Origin: Phoronis australis
Taxonomy: Eukaryota > Animalia > Phoronida
Direction of reading: 5' to 3'
DNA length: 64,000 nt
Assembly (NCBI GenBank): GCA_002633005.1
Contig: NMRA01000012.1
Span: forward strand, 310,001-374,000
In this document: piece after piece, positions 39,901 to 52,995 of the stretch
How the letters are laid out: every line of letters starts with the position of its first letter
How positions within the stretch are numbered: the first letter of the stretch is position 1
The notes under the pieces: model-generated
What the model was told of the DNA's origin: nothing
What the model saw: only the letters and a program-made list of their open reading frames with translations
Databases searched by the model: none
Made by a program: the position numbers and the translations under genes

Positions 39901-42900
39901 TCCACCTGTTTACTGTGAAGTTAAGTGGCGCAGTGGCGCAGTTAACTTCGATTCAGGACCGAAACTCCCCAAAACATCGATGCGTTGACGTTGGTATAAA
40001 AGGTCCTATAGACTCGTGGTAATTGCAAGAGCTAGTGTGATCACATTCTTCATTTGTATAATGCATGGCACAAAGACTTGCATCATCTTGGTTTTATACG
40101 TTTTTTCGTCTATAGAACGCTGACCAATTTCCAAAATTGAGCATTTTCACTTTTCAAAGGCTTGTTACATTGTTGAGCACACCCATAGTTTCTCAAAAGA
40201 TTTTCTTGAAAATACCAAAGAGTTTTATTTTTACCTACTTATTGTTAATGAAGGCTATAATTTCACCCTGCCAGCCTATTGTGTTATCTTGAATTGTTTG
40301 TGTATGAGCCAGCAACTTGAGTCGCAGGTAATGCATACATGTGCTATTTTTAAATTCGGTATTTTTGATAGATTGGCCAAAACTCTGAAACGTGTTCTCA
40401 AGTCGCTGATTGCTTTGATGTTGTTGTTGATTATACAAATAATATCTTATCGTGGCTAGGAGCATTATGCTAACGGTTTTGTGAGAGTAAAAAGCCTAAT
40501 TCAGTTTTTGTCTTAGGTAGCTAAATGGCGAAATGCAGGTTTAATTTGAAAAATGTTAATTTCACGTTAAACTTTTGGTATTATAATTATAATGTTAAAT
40601 GATAGTTTCTTACATCAAGTTTCCCCAATAACATTGCACTAAACATGAGAATAGACTTTAACATAGATGTAGACATTTTTACATAATTTGCAGAAAATGA
40701 CAAGTTTGCATTAGTAAGCTCTCATCTCAGGTGATGCAACTGAACTTATTTCACAATCACAACATACTGGTAGTAACATAATAGACATTTAGTGAAATGC
40801 AGCAGGCCAATCAGGATCTTGAAATTGGCACTTTGGAGCTAGACAACTTTTGCATTCTTTTGTTACACTTTTTGAGTTTAAAATGCTAAAAAATTATGTT
40901 GCTAACTTTCAAGTTTTTGTTATTTCGGTGCAAACACGAGGGATATCAAAATGATGCGTTGAAGAAAAAAATTAATGATATGAGTTTTGTGTAAAAGCCA
41001 AAATGGTAAAATTGGAGGTACTGAAAATCCAGGAAATCGATAAACTGGACTATTATTATAGCAGTTGAAACATTAAACGGACACCGTGCTATGAAATTTT
41101 AGTGTCCAATCTTTTCTAAAAGATTCCAATTATTGATTTAGTTAGAGGATGTAAATTTCACATTTTTGCCAGAGGTACCTCCGTTTTAAGTGGCTGTAAC
41201 AGAAAAACGAATGTGGTGACCCTCGCTTTCTTTTGCAGATTTGATAGCAGGTAAAGTCCCTATTTTTTAAATTCAACAATAAACCAAACCTGTGTAGAAT
41301 GTTTAAAATTATTTTGTTTCCTCCTCTACACTTATAGGTACAAATAATAAAGTTGTCACTTGAAGTTCTTGGTATTCATTTGCTAAATAATCCTTGCAAA
41401 GAGCTACTAGTATGTTTGTGGCAAATACTTCTGTCATTATGTCACTGTTCCCTTGTCATACAATTTACATTATTGTGGTGTGTTTACACCCAATGACTAC
41501 AAGTTTGACTTTCAGTGTACTCTATGTCTCTGTTCATCCGGTCTTGGGCCTGTACCACTTCTTTTAGTATGTAATGAAATGACAGAAGATGCTGTTGTTT
41601 TAAAGTTGGTGTTGGAACTGTGGACTTGGTCATTCATTCTGATTCAAGTGATACACTACAAGACAAGCCTAATCAGACAAAATACCATTTCCCCTTCTTG
41701 ACAATTCTGTTGACAGGAAAAATGACTGGTAATAACTATTATGGCGAGGAGGCAATGTTGCCTTGTGGGATTAATATCCACTTCCTTTACTCATGGTTGT
41801 GGGTTCGAGTCCCGCTGGGGCACATTGCGAGATCCTAGAGTCAGGTCTCTAACTCCTCGGCTTGGTTTTAAGTTTATATTAATCGAGCATAAAAATGGTT
41901 CCATGTGATCAGTGCAATGGGCCCACATGAGCGACCTGCGCACGTCTGCTACAACATGTACCTGTCCAACCTCCATCAGTTTTCGTTATTATGGCAGGGA
42001 AATTTTAATTACAAAATGGTTAGCTACCTTTCTAACTTTCCTGTTCATTCGTTACTATCCCCGGTCGTGAGGAAAGACCAGCCATCATGACTGGGAATTC
42101 TGGGTCATTTTGTCTGAATAGTGTTGGCTTGCGCTGTCAGTGTTGATGATTAGAGATGTCTCCAATGAAACATGTGACAACCAGCATACCAATGAAACTG
42201 GATCATAGGACTTGTCAATGTCGGTTGGTGTCAAAACTTGAAATACAACCCGGAGTTTTTCTCTAGTTGAATAAAAACGAGGTTAATTTCCATATTTTGG
42301 ATCTTAACACAAAAGTCACATTTAGACCCTAATGAGGAGAAGGGCAGACATAGAGAATGTGTTTTACAGATAAACATGTACATGTCAATTTGTTTCCGTA
42401 AACCTAGCTTCCTTGTTTTGTACTAGCCCTTCCTCTGATGAATCTTATCANACAAATATTAAAGTTGTCACTTGAAGTTCTTGGTATTCATTTGCTAAAT
42501 AATCCTTGCAAAGAGCTACTAGTATGTTTGTGGCAAATACTTCTGTCATTATGTCACTGTTCCCTTGTCATACGACTTACATTATTGTGGTGTGTTTACA
42601 CCCAATGACTACAAATTTGACTTTCAGTGTACTCTATGTCTCTTTTCATCCGGTCTTGGGCCTGTACCACTTCTTTTAGTATGTAATGAAATGACAAAAG
42701 ATGCTGTTGTTTTAAAGTTGGTGTTGATACTGTGGACTTGGCCATTCATTCTGATTCAAGTGATTCACTACAAGACAAGCCTAATCAGACAAAATACCAT
42801 TTCACCTTCTTGACAACTAATTCTGTTGACAGGAAAAATGACTGGTAATAACTATTATGGCGAGGAGGCAATGTTGCCTTGTGGGATTAATATCCACTTC

Positions 42901-45900
42901 CTTTACTCATGGTTGTGGGTTCGAGTCCCGCTGGTGCACATTGCGAGATCCTAGAGTCAGGCTTGGTTTTAAGTTTATATTAATCAAGCATAAAAATGGT
43001 GCCAGGTGATCAGTGCAATGGGCCCACATGAGCGACCTGCGCACGTCTGCTACAACATGTACCTGTCCAACCTCCATCAGTTTTCTTTATTATGGCAGGG
43101 AAATTTTAATTACAAAATGGTTAGCTACCTTTCTAACTTTCCTGTTCATTCGTTACTATCCCCGGTCATGACCAGCCATCATGACTGGGAATTCTGGGTC
43201 ATTTTGTCTGAATAGTGTTGGCTTGCACTGCCAGTGTTGATGATTAGAGATGTCTCCAATGTAACATGTGACAACCAGCATACCAATGAAGCTGGATCAT
43301 AGGACTTGTCAATGTCGGTTATTGTCAAAACTTGAAATACAACCTGGAGTTTTTCTCTAGTTGAATAAAAACAAGGTTAATTTCCATATTTTGGATCTTT
43401 AACACAAAAGTCACATTTAGACCCTAATGGGGAGAAGGGCAGACGTAGAGAATGTGTTTTACAGATAAACATGTACATGTCAATTTGTTTCCGTAAACCT
43501 AGCTTCCTTGTTTTGTACTAGCCCTCTGATGAATCTTATCATAATCTCACTCTGTCTGTTGCAGTTTCAAGTACATACAACACTTCCCCATTCATCCAAT
43601 CATAATGTCCTGCTGTTTTGACTATATTTCCCTAAGATCTCATGCTTTCCTTATCTTCTAGCTATCCCCATTACAGTCAGTAACATCTTGGTATTTCTGT
43701 TACAGTTTCATGGTATTCCCACTGACAACTACTATGCAGTGGCGCCTCACCACTCGGGCGTGTATCCAGTCTTCGAGCCTCTATACGATGCGTGGAAGAA
43801 GATCTGGGGAATACAGGTGACGAGTACAGAGGAGTACCCCCACCTTAGGCCAGCCATAGGTCGGAGGGGCTTTATACATCAGGGTATCAAGGTAGGCAGA
43901 TGAAATTTGCATGGCCCTTATGATGTCTTCTTTTATTGAACTAGATGCATTTACTTGAAGAAAGGTCTTATATCACTTGAAATTGGAGAAGTTTGGAAGT
44001 GGCCCCTGTTATACACATAATGTGTTCTATACAGGCCACTGACTGCAGCTGTCTTTTGCGTTGACTGTTTTTTCAGAATGACGGATGTAGCGATACTATA
44101 GAATCATTATACACACGAGCATCGCATCTTGCGCACGAACCACCTATGAATCATGCATACGAACCCAAAAATCACGCATACGAACAAAAATCATCTACAC
44201 GAACACAAAATCATTCACACACGCAATGAATCACAAGTACGAATACTTTGTCGTTTTGTGGATCGTGCGTATGATTAGGATGCTCGTCTGTATGATTGTG
44301 TTCGTTTGTGTGATTTTTGTTGTTCGTATGCATAATTTTTGGGTTCGAATGTATGATTCATGAGTTCATAGGTGGTTCGTGAGTAAGATGCGATGCTCGT
44401 GCGTATAATTATATGGTTCCCCTGAGATTGTGTAGCTTGAATTCGTAGTTTGTAAGTAGTCCTTCATGTATGCAGAATTTATTATGCGAAGAATCGTGAT
44501 ATCTATAATGTGGACTGTATCTTGTAATGTCATGATCTTTTACCTGCAGGTGCTACCGCGTCAGACATGTGGTCTGTTCACGCACACAATATTCATAGAT
44601 AAGTACCCTGGAGGACGTATACGACTAGAGAACAGTATTAGAGGAGGCGAGCTGTTTCAAACCTTCTTGTTCAACCCAGTGAGTTAATGGTTACCTTTTG
44701 AATTTTTACTTTTCATTTGGCATTACTCTACCTGGTGTGAAACAGTGCAGAGCTTTTAATGGCTGCGTTTGAGTCACTCTCCGAGGCCAACCATGACATC
44801 TGATTGGTTTCCAGTGGCCTCTGCAACTTGGGCACAGGAACTTACCAGATGTTTTCGCCTTTTGACTTGGGGGACACAGTGTACCTTAGGGGAGTAAATT
44901 AGGTGCAGCAATTTTGTAAATTCATACAAAATTCTACAATATTCAGTACAAACTCACCATACCTGAATGTTAAAGTTTTCAACTTCTTGCTAATTGTTTG
45001 ATGTTAATGTTTGTACGTATATAGTCTGTATGCATTTTAATGGAGATAGGCAGACTTGAAAACTTCTTCACAAAGACCCTGTTGATCGATAACAGGGGTC
45101 TTGTGAGTTTTAGCTGTGGTGTTTTGTGCAGTGGGCCCAACCACAAGTCCTGCGCACATCTGATGCACTGCCAAAGAATCAGATCACCTGCACTCTTTTT
45201 GTACGCGTGTTATCATTTGACAGCTAGGAAAAATGAGAAATTTCATTTCAGGTTTGTTCTGTTTATTAAAATCCAAGTATATTTTCTTATACTTTTGATC
45301 GAACTTTTGTGCGCTCACAAAAAAAAATTGTAGCGTAAGTCAGTATCCCTCCCATCTGTTTCCTTCGGATGTTGTGTTGTGTTGGTGACACACTTGTGTT
45401 TTTACTATCCTTTGTTCAGATCAATATCTTCATGACCCACTTGTCAAACTACGGCAATGATCGCCTGGCGCTCTACACATTTGAAACGGTTGTCAAGTTT
45501 GTGCGTTGCTGGACCAATCTACAACTGAGGACTGTTCGCCCACTCCAGCTCGCTCGCATGTATTTTGACAATTACCCTGATGAGGTGGATCCCGTGTGGT
45601 CGGTGAGTGACACCTAGTGGTCATGTGTGAAGGCAGTGGAGTATAGTGGTGTGCATATCTGTCTTATTCATAAAGTTGCAAGTCCCCTTAAGATCTAAAC
45701 TTTAGAGCGCAATGCTAGAACCCTGAGTCTTTGTGCTTGATTTAAATTGTGCCGATACTGTTAGGTGGCCATTATAATTGTTATGGACTTTACCTGAATT
45801 ATTTTGTAGCGCCTGTCTAGTAGAATTGAGAGAATTTAGCTACTTCGAAACTCTTTGTCCAACTAGTTTGTATTCATGGAAGTTTAGAGGATGTTATTAA

Positions 45901-48900
45901 AATCAGCAGCTGTGCACAACAGCCCAGTTTCAACAAAATTCATTTGCTGAGTATTTTAGAAAGTTGTTGAGAAAATTAAGCCGAGTTCTCTTTTGCAGGC
46001 GCCTTGTGTTGACTCCAGGCACAGAAACATTTGGCCCATTAATAAAACTTGTGATCGACTTCCCCATTTCCTGGTTATAGGGCCCCAGAAAACAGGTCAG
46101 TTGCCCTAAGATTGTCATCCAGTATTGTAGGCTGTGATCAGACTCATTGACTCCTCAGAAAAATGTAGTTTTGATCTGGTGGATTTTGTTGCGGCTCAGC
46201 AACACAAATCATTTGTTGAAGTTAACGGCAGTGATATTCTTGTATGCAGTGGTAGATATGCCATTTCAGATTTTCCTTTGATGTCTCTAAGTCACTGACC
46301 ATAATTATAAACATTTTCAAAAGTGTACTTGGTGGAGAAGCAAAGGTTTAAATTTACAATTCCTTAAAATGTCTGTGTACGTTATGGTCAGAGAGGGGGA
46401 AAGTCAATGTTTCGGGAAATTCTCTTTATGGTGTGAAGAATGTGCCATTTTCTATGGTTTTAGAAATGACTTCCCATTTAAATAAAACGGCAATATTTAT
46501 TTTGTTGTTTTTTCTCTATTTTTTGTAATATGCTAATCTTCAACTCTGTCATTGAAAGTTGAGAGTTTTACTTGATACAATATTTCATCCCCTCTTCTGA
46601 TTATTCCAGGATCCACAGCTTTGTACACATTCCTAACACAGCATCCAGCAATAAGGAGCAACTTCCCCAGTCCTGTTACTTTTGAAGAGGTTCAGTTCTT
46701 TGGTGGCCGTAATTACTACAAAGGCATTGACTGGTCAGTATCTACATCTATATTGAAGAGTCTATTTCACGTCTTGCCAAAAGTCAGAAATCTGACTACC
46801 AATAGCCAAAATTTCATTTTTTTGTCTTTTGTGTTGTTCGAATTGTCTTTTGTCTTGAGCAGAAATGGATTTCTGCCTTTTGACTTTGAGTTGCAGACAG
46901 ATTATCTGACTGCTTTTCACAGACTTATTACTAGCCACAAGACCAAAGCCAGTAGACTGTGAGAAACAAGCCGCTGTCATAGAAGTGTATGAGTATTGTT
47001 TGGTGAAAGGGCTTTGCTGCATTGGTGTGGCAGCTGCAGTGGTTGGTAGAAGTTATGTTTGCAGCATAAGTTGTGTTGTGTTGTTAAAGGCATGTAGTGT
47101 GAGTATTTGAGTTGTAAAACCAATCTGAAGCTGAATATTTGAATTGGAGTCTCAGCCGATTAGAAGGCAAGTGTACATATTTATTATTTATTACATTGGC
47201 ATGAATGCATCACAGAATGCAATACAAAAACAATAAGTCTTATGACCTCTTGGGCTTTTAAATCTCTGTTACAAATTAAGAAGTTTCATTTGTACTTAAC
47301 AGCTATTATAACTTATGGTTGAAATAGTATAGAGGTCATGCTCTAGGCCAATTGACCTATTGCAAGCTCCGCCGCCTTGCGAAAAGTCACGGGACACCCA
47401 ACAAACAAATAATAAGTTTTACCCAACGTGTTATATGTCGGGTAAAATGGTGGCTTGGAAACGAAGGTGTGTCAAGAATGCTGCGCTCTGATTGGTCAGT
47501 TGAGCCGTCACTCAAAATCCTAGTGATTGGTCAATTATTACCTAAGAAATCAAAGGCTACCATCGGTCAATTCAATGGCTGACCTTGAAATTTCATTCAC
47601 AATGAATTTAGCATAATTAAAGTAGGTGTCATGTTCATGCTAAATTACGATGTCACTAGATTGGATGATCATAGATAGAGCAGTAGGTACTAAAAAGACT
47701 GGCCGACACTATTGACATGTGTTAAAGATGAGACTTAAATACAGTATCCTTCCCTAGTGATCCAAAATAAAGGGAAGTGTACAGGAAAGTTAGAAAGATT
47801 CAGTAAATTTTGAGCTGTGATTAAAGATGTGATGCTGAATAATAAAGTTTCTGAGTGTGCATATTTGTATTCAGTTCTGTTTCTACCTGTTGGCCAAATC
47901 TTGCACATGACAATTGCTGGCAATTGGTCTACTTAACATAAGTTTAGCATTTTATGATAATTTTTCTTTGAATTAAAACTCAGCATAGGGTTCTTCGAGT
48001 CCTGTTCCTGGGGTCTAGTCTCTGTACTCGAAATTCAATGAAAATTTGCATGTCGCGCCTTTACCGTAGTCAACTTACAAATTTGTGCTTGAATCATACA
48101 CTGTGATTGGTTAAATTTCGAGTCTGAATCTGACTCCAGTCTGAGTTCCGAGATTAGGTCTTGTGCTTTGTTTAAACTGGTAAGTTTGTGTAATTTATTG
48201 TCGGTTTTTCAGAAATTTGAAATACTTGTGAAGGCAATCAAGGGTACCGTCATCCTTATCAAATTGAGAATAAACATTTTGGGGTGTCTTTTTTTACCCG
48301 TATCATGCACAAATACCACCATTTTGTCTCTGTGGAAAAGTTTCTGGCATCTTGTTTACAAAATTGTGAGTGCAACATAATGATCACATCTTGCTACCAA
48401 TAGGTACATGGATTTCTTTCCGGATCAACCTGCCAATGGCTCATACTATCTATTTGAGAAGAGCGCCACATATTTTGACAAAGACTTTGTTCCTAAGAGG
48501 ATCCACACGCTGTTGCCCAAGGCCAAGTTAATCTGTATATTGCTGAGCCCTGCTAGGAGGGCGTACTCCTGGTACCAGGTATGTGTCATCTGCATCGATT
48601 TCAGAATGCTCGCGCTTTTGCCAGAAGGCATTTTCAGTGTTTAGTATGTTTTTGTCCATCTTCACATCTTTTATTTTGTATGTTATTATTTGTTAGGGAT
48701 GACCACAGAAATAACTGTTCCACTTTCTGGTGCTATACCCTGGTTTTATTTTTCTCACATTCATGTATTACCATCTTATTTGTCTTATTTTGTGTTATCA
48801 TATCTCATCTTTACTCATGTCTCTCCTTCAGTTATATGTCTTGTGTATATAGCCCAATGATCAATCAATAAATCGGTCAATCAATCCATCACCATCATTT

Positions 48901-50995
48901 TTATATATGTGAGCTGAGCATGATCAATCAATAAATCAGTCAATCAATCCATCGCCATCATTTTTATATATGTGAGCTGAGCATGTATATTTGTTCTTTT
49001 TGAACTAAAATTAAGCTCTTTCTAGTTTTCACAAACATTTCAATCATTCATGAAAATTTCAAGCTATGCTGTGTTTTTGATTAAGTTCTGAAATTCATCC
49101 ATTGGAGTTTATGGATATGAATTTCCCACAATTCGCTACTTTCGTCTTGCACAGTTCGGTGTGGCCCGTAACCAGGTTTATTTTCCACTGCAGCACATAA
49201 GAGCCCACCGAGACAAAACAGCTTTAAACTACTCATTCTACGAGGTGATCTCAGCCGACCAGTCCGCTCCCAAGCCAGTGCGTGACTTGCGCAGTCGCTG
49301 CCTCAACCCTGGACTGTATGCTCATCACTTGGAGAAGTGGCTGCTGTACTTCTCAAGCAAACAAGTTTGTAAATTCAGCCATACTTTGTTTTGTGATACA
49401 ACTGATAACTGGTGAATTATACTAAATAGAGACTGCTTGAAAACTGTTTTCATTAAAATAGTTAATATCAATAGCGAGTTACGTTTTGGTTTACTATGCC
49501 TTAACTGATAATGCAGCTTTTTTGGAAAGCAATGTCGTCTGCTCCACGTCCACAAACATGATTCAGAAGTGCACTGTTGTTGTTATTGCTTTAAAAGACG
49601 AATGGAATTTTTGACTGTGAGGTTCCATTGTGTCATATTCCGTAGAATTTCTTCTTCGTGGGACATTAGGCTACTCTGACTTAAGACCGTGAAGTGTTTC
49701 TTGTTCTTCTGCCTGTGTTTATGCAAGAGTCTTAAGATCTAATCCTCGAGTCCTATGTAGAATCAATTATGGTAAATTGTACAATTCCATTTGATGTTTA
49801 ATGTTGTCAGTTTCCTGTGAGATTGGGTTTATGAGCCAATCCTTACTTATTCCAGATTCTCATCTTGGATGGTGGAATGTTAAAGACGGAGCCAATCAAA
49901 GTGATGGACACAGTGCAGCAGTTCTTACATGTAGAACCCTACATGAACTACTCTAGTCACTTGAGGTACTTAAGTGCAGATGCACTCGCCATTTCTGTGA
50001 TACTTAAATGACGTGAAAAATAGTATCCCTTTTTGAGGCACTTTTTTGTGGGAATAAATTTATTTGAATGCTCACATATCAGAGCACCACACCACAAAAG
50101 TATGTATGCCTATGGGTGTATTTTTGGCAACTGTATGTTGTTTTGGAAATCTGATGGGTTGTTGTAAAATGCATATGTATTATGTTTTGAGTGTAAAACT
50201 GTATATGACATTATATATGACTGTCATCTAATGAGGTATTGAGTGACTTTGAAGGTAACTAGCCGTATTAGCAAACCAGTATAAAGGAGTTTTAATAACG
50301 CACTGAGCTTGTTGAATGTGAAATTAGTACACACAGATAAAATTCTTTCTAGTGAGATACAATTATATTAAAAAGGATGCGTTTGTTTGTTTCACAAAAA
50401 CTGCACCATAGAATGTTTCATACAGTTTCCGAAAATATACTCCCCTTTCCAAAAAATACACCCAGCCGCGTATTCAGTTTCATTTGACGTTTTGACGGGT
50501 CGTTTTCCAAATACTTGTCCATAAGCCTATTTTCGGAAATTTCTAGTAGAAGGTTGTGTATGCATACATGAAGCCAATACAACGAAAGAAGGTTGAAATC
50601 ATACTGTAAACATATTAGTATATTTTTGGCAGCCAAATCTTTGAAGAGAGTTGAAATTGAAGCCATTCCTCAACAGCTTTGTTCTTCATAGCTCCAAAAA
50701 CAACAGAGTTGTGAAATTGCTTTATGACTGATGTCTTAGGATCATGTTGGGTCTCATTGTTGTGTTCTGTTTTTGCAGATATGATGCCAAGAAAGGTTTC
50801 TTCTGCCAAATTAGAGATGACAATCACACAAAATGCCTCGGTAAAAGTAAGGGTAGGCTCTATCCGCAAATGGATGATACTTCGAGGCGATTTCTTTCTC
50901 AGTTTTATAAACTTTCGAATGTGGCTCTGTATAAGCTACTGAACAGAATCGGCCAACAGATTCCCGGTTGGTTAGAGGATGAACTCGCCACATGA
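26959..50995 (+). CDS. NDST: Bifunctional heparan sulfate N-deacetylase/N-sulfotransferase (NDST / sulfateless-like), spliced: join(26959..27987,29258..29384,[33722..33837 OR 34620..34738],43706..43891,44550..44678,45420..45602,45999..46095,46610..46733,48404..48578,49194..49364,49856..49965,50779..50995)
   Basis: Exons join through GT-AG introns into one open frame of 2664 nt (887 aa) or 2667 nt (888 aa). N-terminal type II TM anchor; deacetylase motifs ILIDIDDIF, WWFxHxWx[25 protein letters not shown]; sulfotransferase motifs [40 protein letters not shown]. Confidence 0.97.
29258..29384 (+). CDS. NDST: NDST coding exon 2 ([42 protein letters not shown])
   Basis: TTTGCAG acceptor, G|GTGAGT donor, phase 0 in and phase 1 out; [10 protein letters not shown] motif. 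Confidence 0.95.
33722..33837 (+). CDS. NDST: NDST alternative exon 3a ((E)[38 protein letters not shown])
   Basis: TTCTGTTTCTTACAG acceptor, AAG|GTAATT donor, 116 nt, phase 1 to 0; WWFxHMWxHxQPH motif. Confidence 0.93.
33860..33889 (+). repeat. (TTGATG)5 microsatellite 22 nt downstream of exon 3a
   Basis: Directly visible. Confidence 0.9.
34240..34280 (+). promoter_or_regulatory. Recursive-splice-site-like element (polypyrimidine tract-ACAG|GTAAGT)
   Basis: CTCTCTATCCTTCACCTTTGCTCTGAAACAG immediately followed by consensus donor GTAAGT; no AG between 34211 and 34272. Confidence 0.5.
34620..34738 (+). CDS. NDST: NDST alternative exon 3b ((E)[39 protein letters not shown])
   Basis: TTTTCTTCGTAG acceptor, GAG|GTAAGA donor, 119 nt, phase 1 to 0, no stop; paralogous to exon 3a. 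Not in the ORF track. Confidence 0.9.
34999..35467 (+). mobile_element. Penelope-like element 3' fragment (GIY-YIG C-terminus) with inverted pseudo-LTR arrangement
   Basis: [45 protein letters not shown] matches the Penelope endonuclease tail; 34999-35140 is an inverted copy of 35326-35467. Confidence 0.75.
37165..37227. repeat. 22-bp tandem repeat, about 3 copies (AAACAATCATGTTTACACATGT)
   Basis: Directly visible. Confidence 0.85.
37680..38215 (-). mobile_element. Possible RTE-clade LINE 5' region relic
   Basis: GC-richer block; CCTTTCGACCTGCCCAACATAGATGACCCTACCAGGAG...CTCCC resembles, from memory, the antisense of RTE 5' UTRs. No protein motif to confirm. Confidence 0.3.
41340..43541. repeat. 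About 1.1-kb direct duplication (41340-42450 / 42452-43541) joined at a single N
   Basis: Near-identical copies with SNPs and small indels; probably haplotypes. Confidence 0.9.
43706..43891 (+). CDS. NDST: NDST coding exon 4 ([21 protein letters not shown]...FIHQGIK)
   Basis: TTACAG acceptor, AAG|GTAGGC donor, 186 nt. Confidence 0.96.
44106..44409. mobile_element. Foldback MITE with long TIRs and AATCA...ACGAAC subrepeats, in an NDST intron
   Basis: ATTATACACACGAGCATCGCATCTTGCGCACGAACCACCTATGAA pairs with TTCATAGGTGGTTCGTGAGTAAGATGCGATGCTCGTGCGTATAAT. Confidence 0.8.
44550..44678 (+). CDS. NDST: NDST coding exon 5 ([13 protein letters not shown]...FLFNP)
   Basis: CCTGCAG acceptor, GTGAGT donor, 129 nt. 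Confidence 0.96.
45420..45602 (+). CDS. NDST: NDST coding exon 6 ([21 protein letters not shown]...DPVWS)
   Basis: TTTGTTCAG acceptor, GTGAGT donor, 183 nt. Confidence 0.96.
45999..46095 (+). CDS. NDST: NDST coding exon 7 ([32 protein letters not shown])
   Basis: TTTTGCAG acceptor, CAG|GTCAGT donor, 97 nt; start of the 5'-PAPS-binding loop. Confidence 0.95.
46610..46733 (+). CDS. NDST: NDST coding exon 8 ((G)STALYTFL...[17 protein letters not shown])
   Basis: TTCCAG acceptor, GTCAGT donor, 124 nt. Confidence 0.95.
47350..47572. mobile_element. Possible small TIR element
   Basis: Ends AATTGACCTAT and ATCGGTCAATT; CpG-richer than flanks. Confidence 0.35.
48404..48578 (+). CDS. NDST: NDST coding exon 9 (YMDFFP...FEKSATYF...RAYSWYQ)
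   Basis: AATAG acceptor, CAG|GTATGT donor, 175 nt. Confidence 0.95.
48858..48985. repeat. About 62-bp tandem duplication
   Basis: ATGATCAATCAATAAATC...GTGAGCTGAGC occurs twice. Confidence 0.85.
49194..49364 (+). CDS. NDST: NDST coding exon 10 (HIRAH...[23 protein letters not shown])
   Basis: CTGCAG acceptor, CAA|GTTTGT donor, 171 nt. Confidence 0.93.
49856..49965 (+). CDS. NDST: NDST coding exon 11 ([36 protein letters not shown])
   Basis: TTCCAG acceptor, AG|GTACTT donor, 110 nt. Confidence 0.94.
50779..50995 (+). CDS. NDST: NDST terminal coding exon ([10 protein letters not shown]...[11 protein letters not shown]...WLEDELAT*)
   Basis: TTTTGCAG acceptor; TGA stop ending 50995. Confidence 0.96.
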
Positions 50996-51689
50996 CTAGT
51001 TAACAATACAACAATAGGTAATTTTGAAAACTTGTTGTAACAGAACATGAAGTGGGGTTGTGAAAACCCATTAGAACGCTCTTGAGACCTTGTATTTTTG
51101 TACTTATATTTATGAATTGAGCATATATAAATAGTTTGACCCACATTCTACCATGTATAATGTGAGGCTGATACTAGCAATTATGATTATAAGAAAAAGT
51201 TATTTTATGAAATGCAAGTGGTGCCAAGATTGACTGCCTTATATCTTTGTGAATGCCTGGGTCACGAGAATTTTGGGCCCCAAAATGTACACAACTTGCT
51301 TATCTTTGGATAACTATCAATCAGTTTCAGTAATACTGTGTCATATTTGGGGAGTAAGTACCCACTTTACTAAAGGAGATACGAAATGTTTCTTTTGTCT
51401 CATGCTTATTCTACTAGTATCATATTCGCATAAAAACTTAAAGTGACATTTTGTACGAGAAAATAATTTTACAGAACTGACTGTCATGCAGAATCAAACT
51501 CGCCAGCTCCGATCTCCCACCGAGCCAAATCCCACACATAAACTCCAGAGTATTTATTTATGTCAATATGGTAAAGTTACCGGCCCTGATTTCATCGAAT
51601 GTCTCGAAGGCTACGGCAACCATTGGCGATTTGTAATTAACTCACAAAAACATAACAAATTATGTTGTCTTATAACTCTGGTCAAAGCT

Positions 51690-52052
51690 TAATAACTTCA
51701 ACAAGTCTCCCACCCAACAATAATAACTTAACAAGTCTATCCCACCCAACAATAATAATAACTTCAACAAGTCTACCCCACCCAACAATAATAACTTAAC
51801 AAGTCTATCCCACCCAACAATAATAACTTCAACAAGTCTATCCCACCCAACAATAATAACTTAACAAGTCTATCCCACCCAACAATAATAACTTCAACAA
51901 GTCTATCCCACCCAACAATAATAACTTCAACAAGTCTATCCCACCCAACAATAATAACTTCAACAAGTCTATCCCACCCAACAATAACTTCAACAAGACT
52001 ATCCCACCCAACAATAATAACTTCAACAAGACTGTCCCACCCAACAATAATC
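51690..52052. repeat. Minisatellite, about 33-bp unit (AACAAGTCTATCCCACCCAACAATAATAACTTC), about 11 copies, in the putative NDST 3' UTR
   Basis: Directly visible; unit length varies from 30 to 36 bp. Confidence 0.95.
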
Positions 52053-52995
52053 ACAAAAAATGCATTTTGTCCATAAAAATGATGTCCCTTTAACGCCCAC
52101 CCCAATTTTTGTTTTTCCCCAATTTAAGCACCCTGGACATTGCATGCACTTGTATGGTATTACCTCTTTTCTTTTACGAAGATTTTTTTAAAATGTAATA
52201 TATGACGTCACTTCTCTTTTTTCTTCTGTGAAGATTTATTTACAATTTAATATAATGATGCCAGCTGTAACATCCACCAAGAGCACTTAAAGAGTCACGA
52301 GACTGTTGGGTGACAAATGTACTCATCATATTTCACCATTATGAATCACAGAATCAGACTTAGCAACAGTTGTCTGGTGCGTTGGTCAACAGTGACTGTT
52401 AATACTTTCACAGCATTAGTAGCGGGTCGCTTCTCATTTCTTTCCCACCACTGCCAGTGAGTTTACTAGTCATTGATCTTGTTGGACGTCACTTTCATAT
52501 TTTATCTCCAGCCTGCACAAATTGTGTTTTACAAAGGTTGTATTTGTCAGCAGAGAATGTTAAACCTGGATTTTGAAGCTATATTTTACTAAGAAATGCT
52601 ATTTGACTAGAAAATTTGTAATTCTTAGTTCCTATTATGTACAGTGTAGTTAACCAATGTACTTAATACGAGTAAAATTTTGTGCAAAATAAGGTAGACC
52701 GTCACCTGGGTGCCAATTTTGTAATTCACATCAATTTTTGCACGTTTCTTCCGATTACACAGAAAGATATTTAGTTTCCGTTGTAATGTAAATGAAGGGC
52801 TGAGAAGGGTACTTGCCAATATTTTTGAAGTTTGGTCTTTTAGCAGGTCTTGTAAATATTGTATATTTCTTGTATGTACAGTGTAGTGTATTTTAGTCAA
52901 TAATGATTGTGAACTGCACTTTTGCATTTTAATGCCTTAATGTTCATGATATTCGTGAACTAACATATTGTAAAAGAATGTCTGTAGTTTTTATA

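Noticed and set aside
41794-41822. tRNA-like GGTTCGAGTCCC (also about 42917 and minus strand about 57395)
   Set aside because: Only a B-box/T-arm is present, with no cloverleaf; likely SINE remnants.
41340-43541. Duplicated block as additional NDST alternative exons (QWAHMSD / HERPAH at about 41900 and 43010)
   Set aside because: No FWWFxH motif, an in-frame stop and no suitable splice sites; duplication flanks an N.
51773-52105. Leu/Val-rich repetitive ORFs
   Set aside because: Translations of the 33-bp minisatellite.
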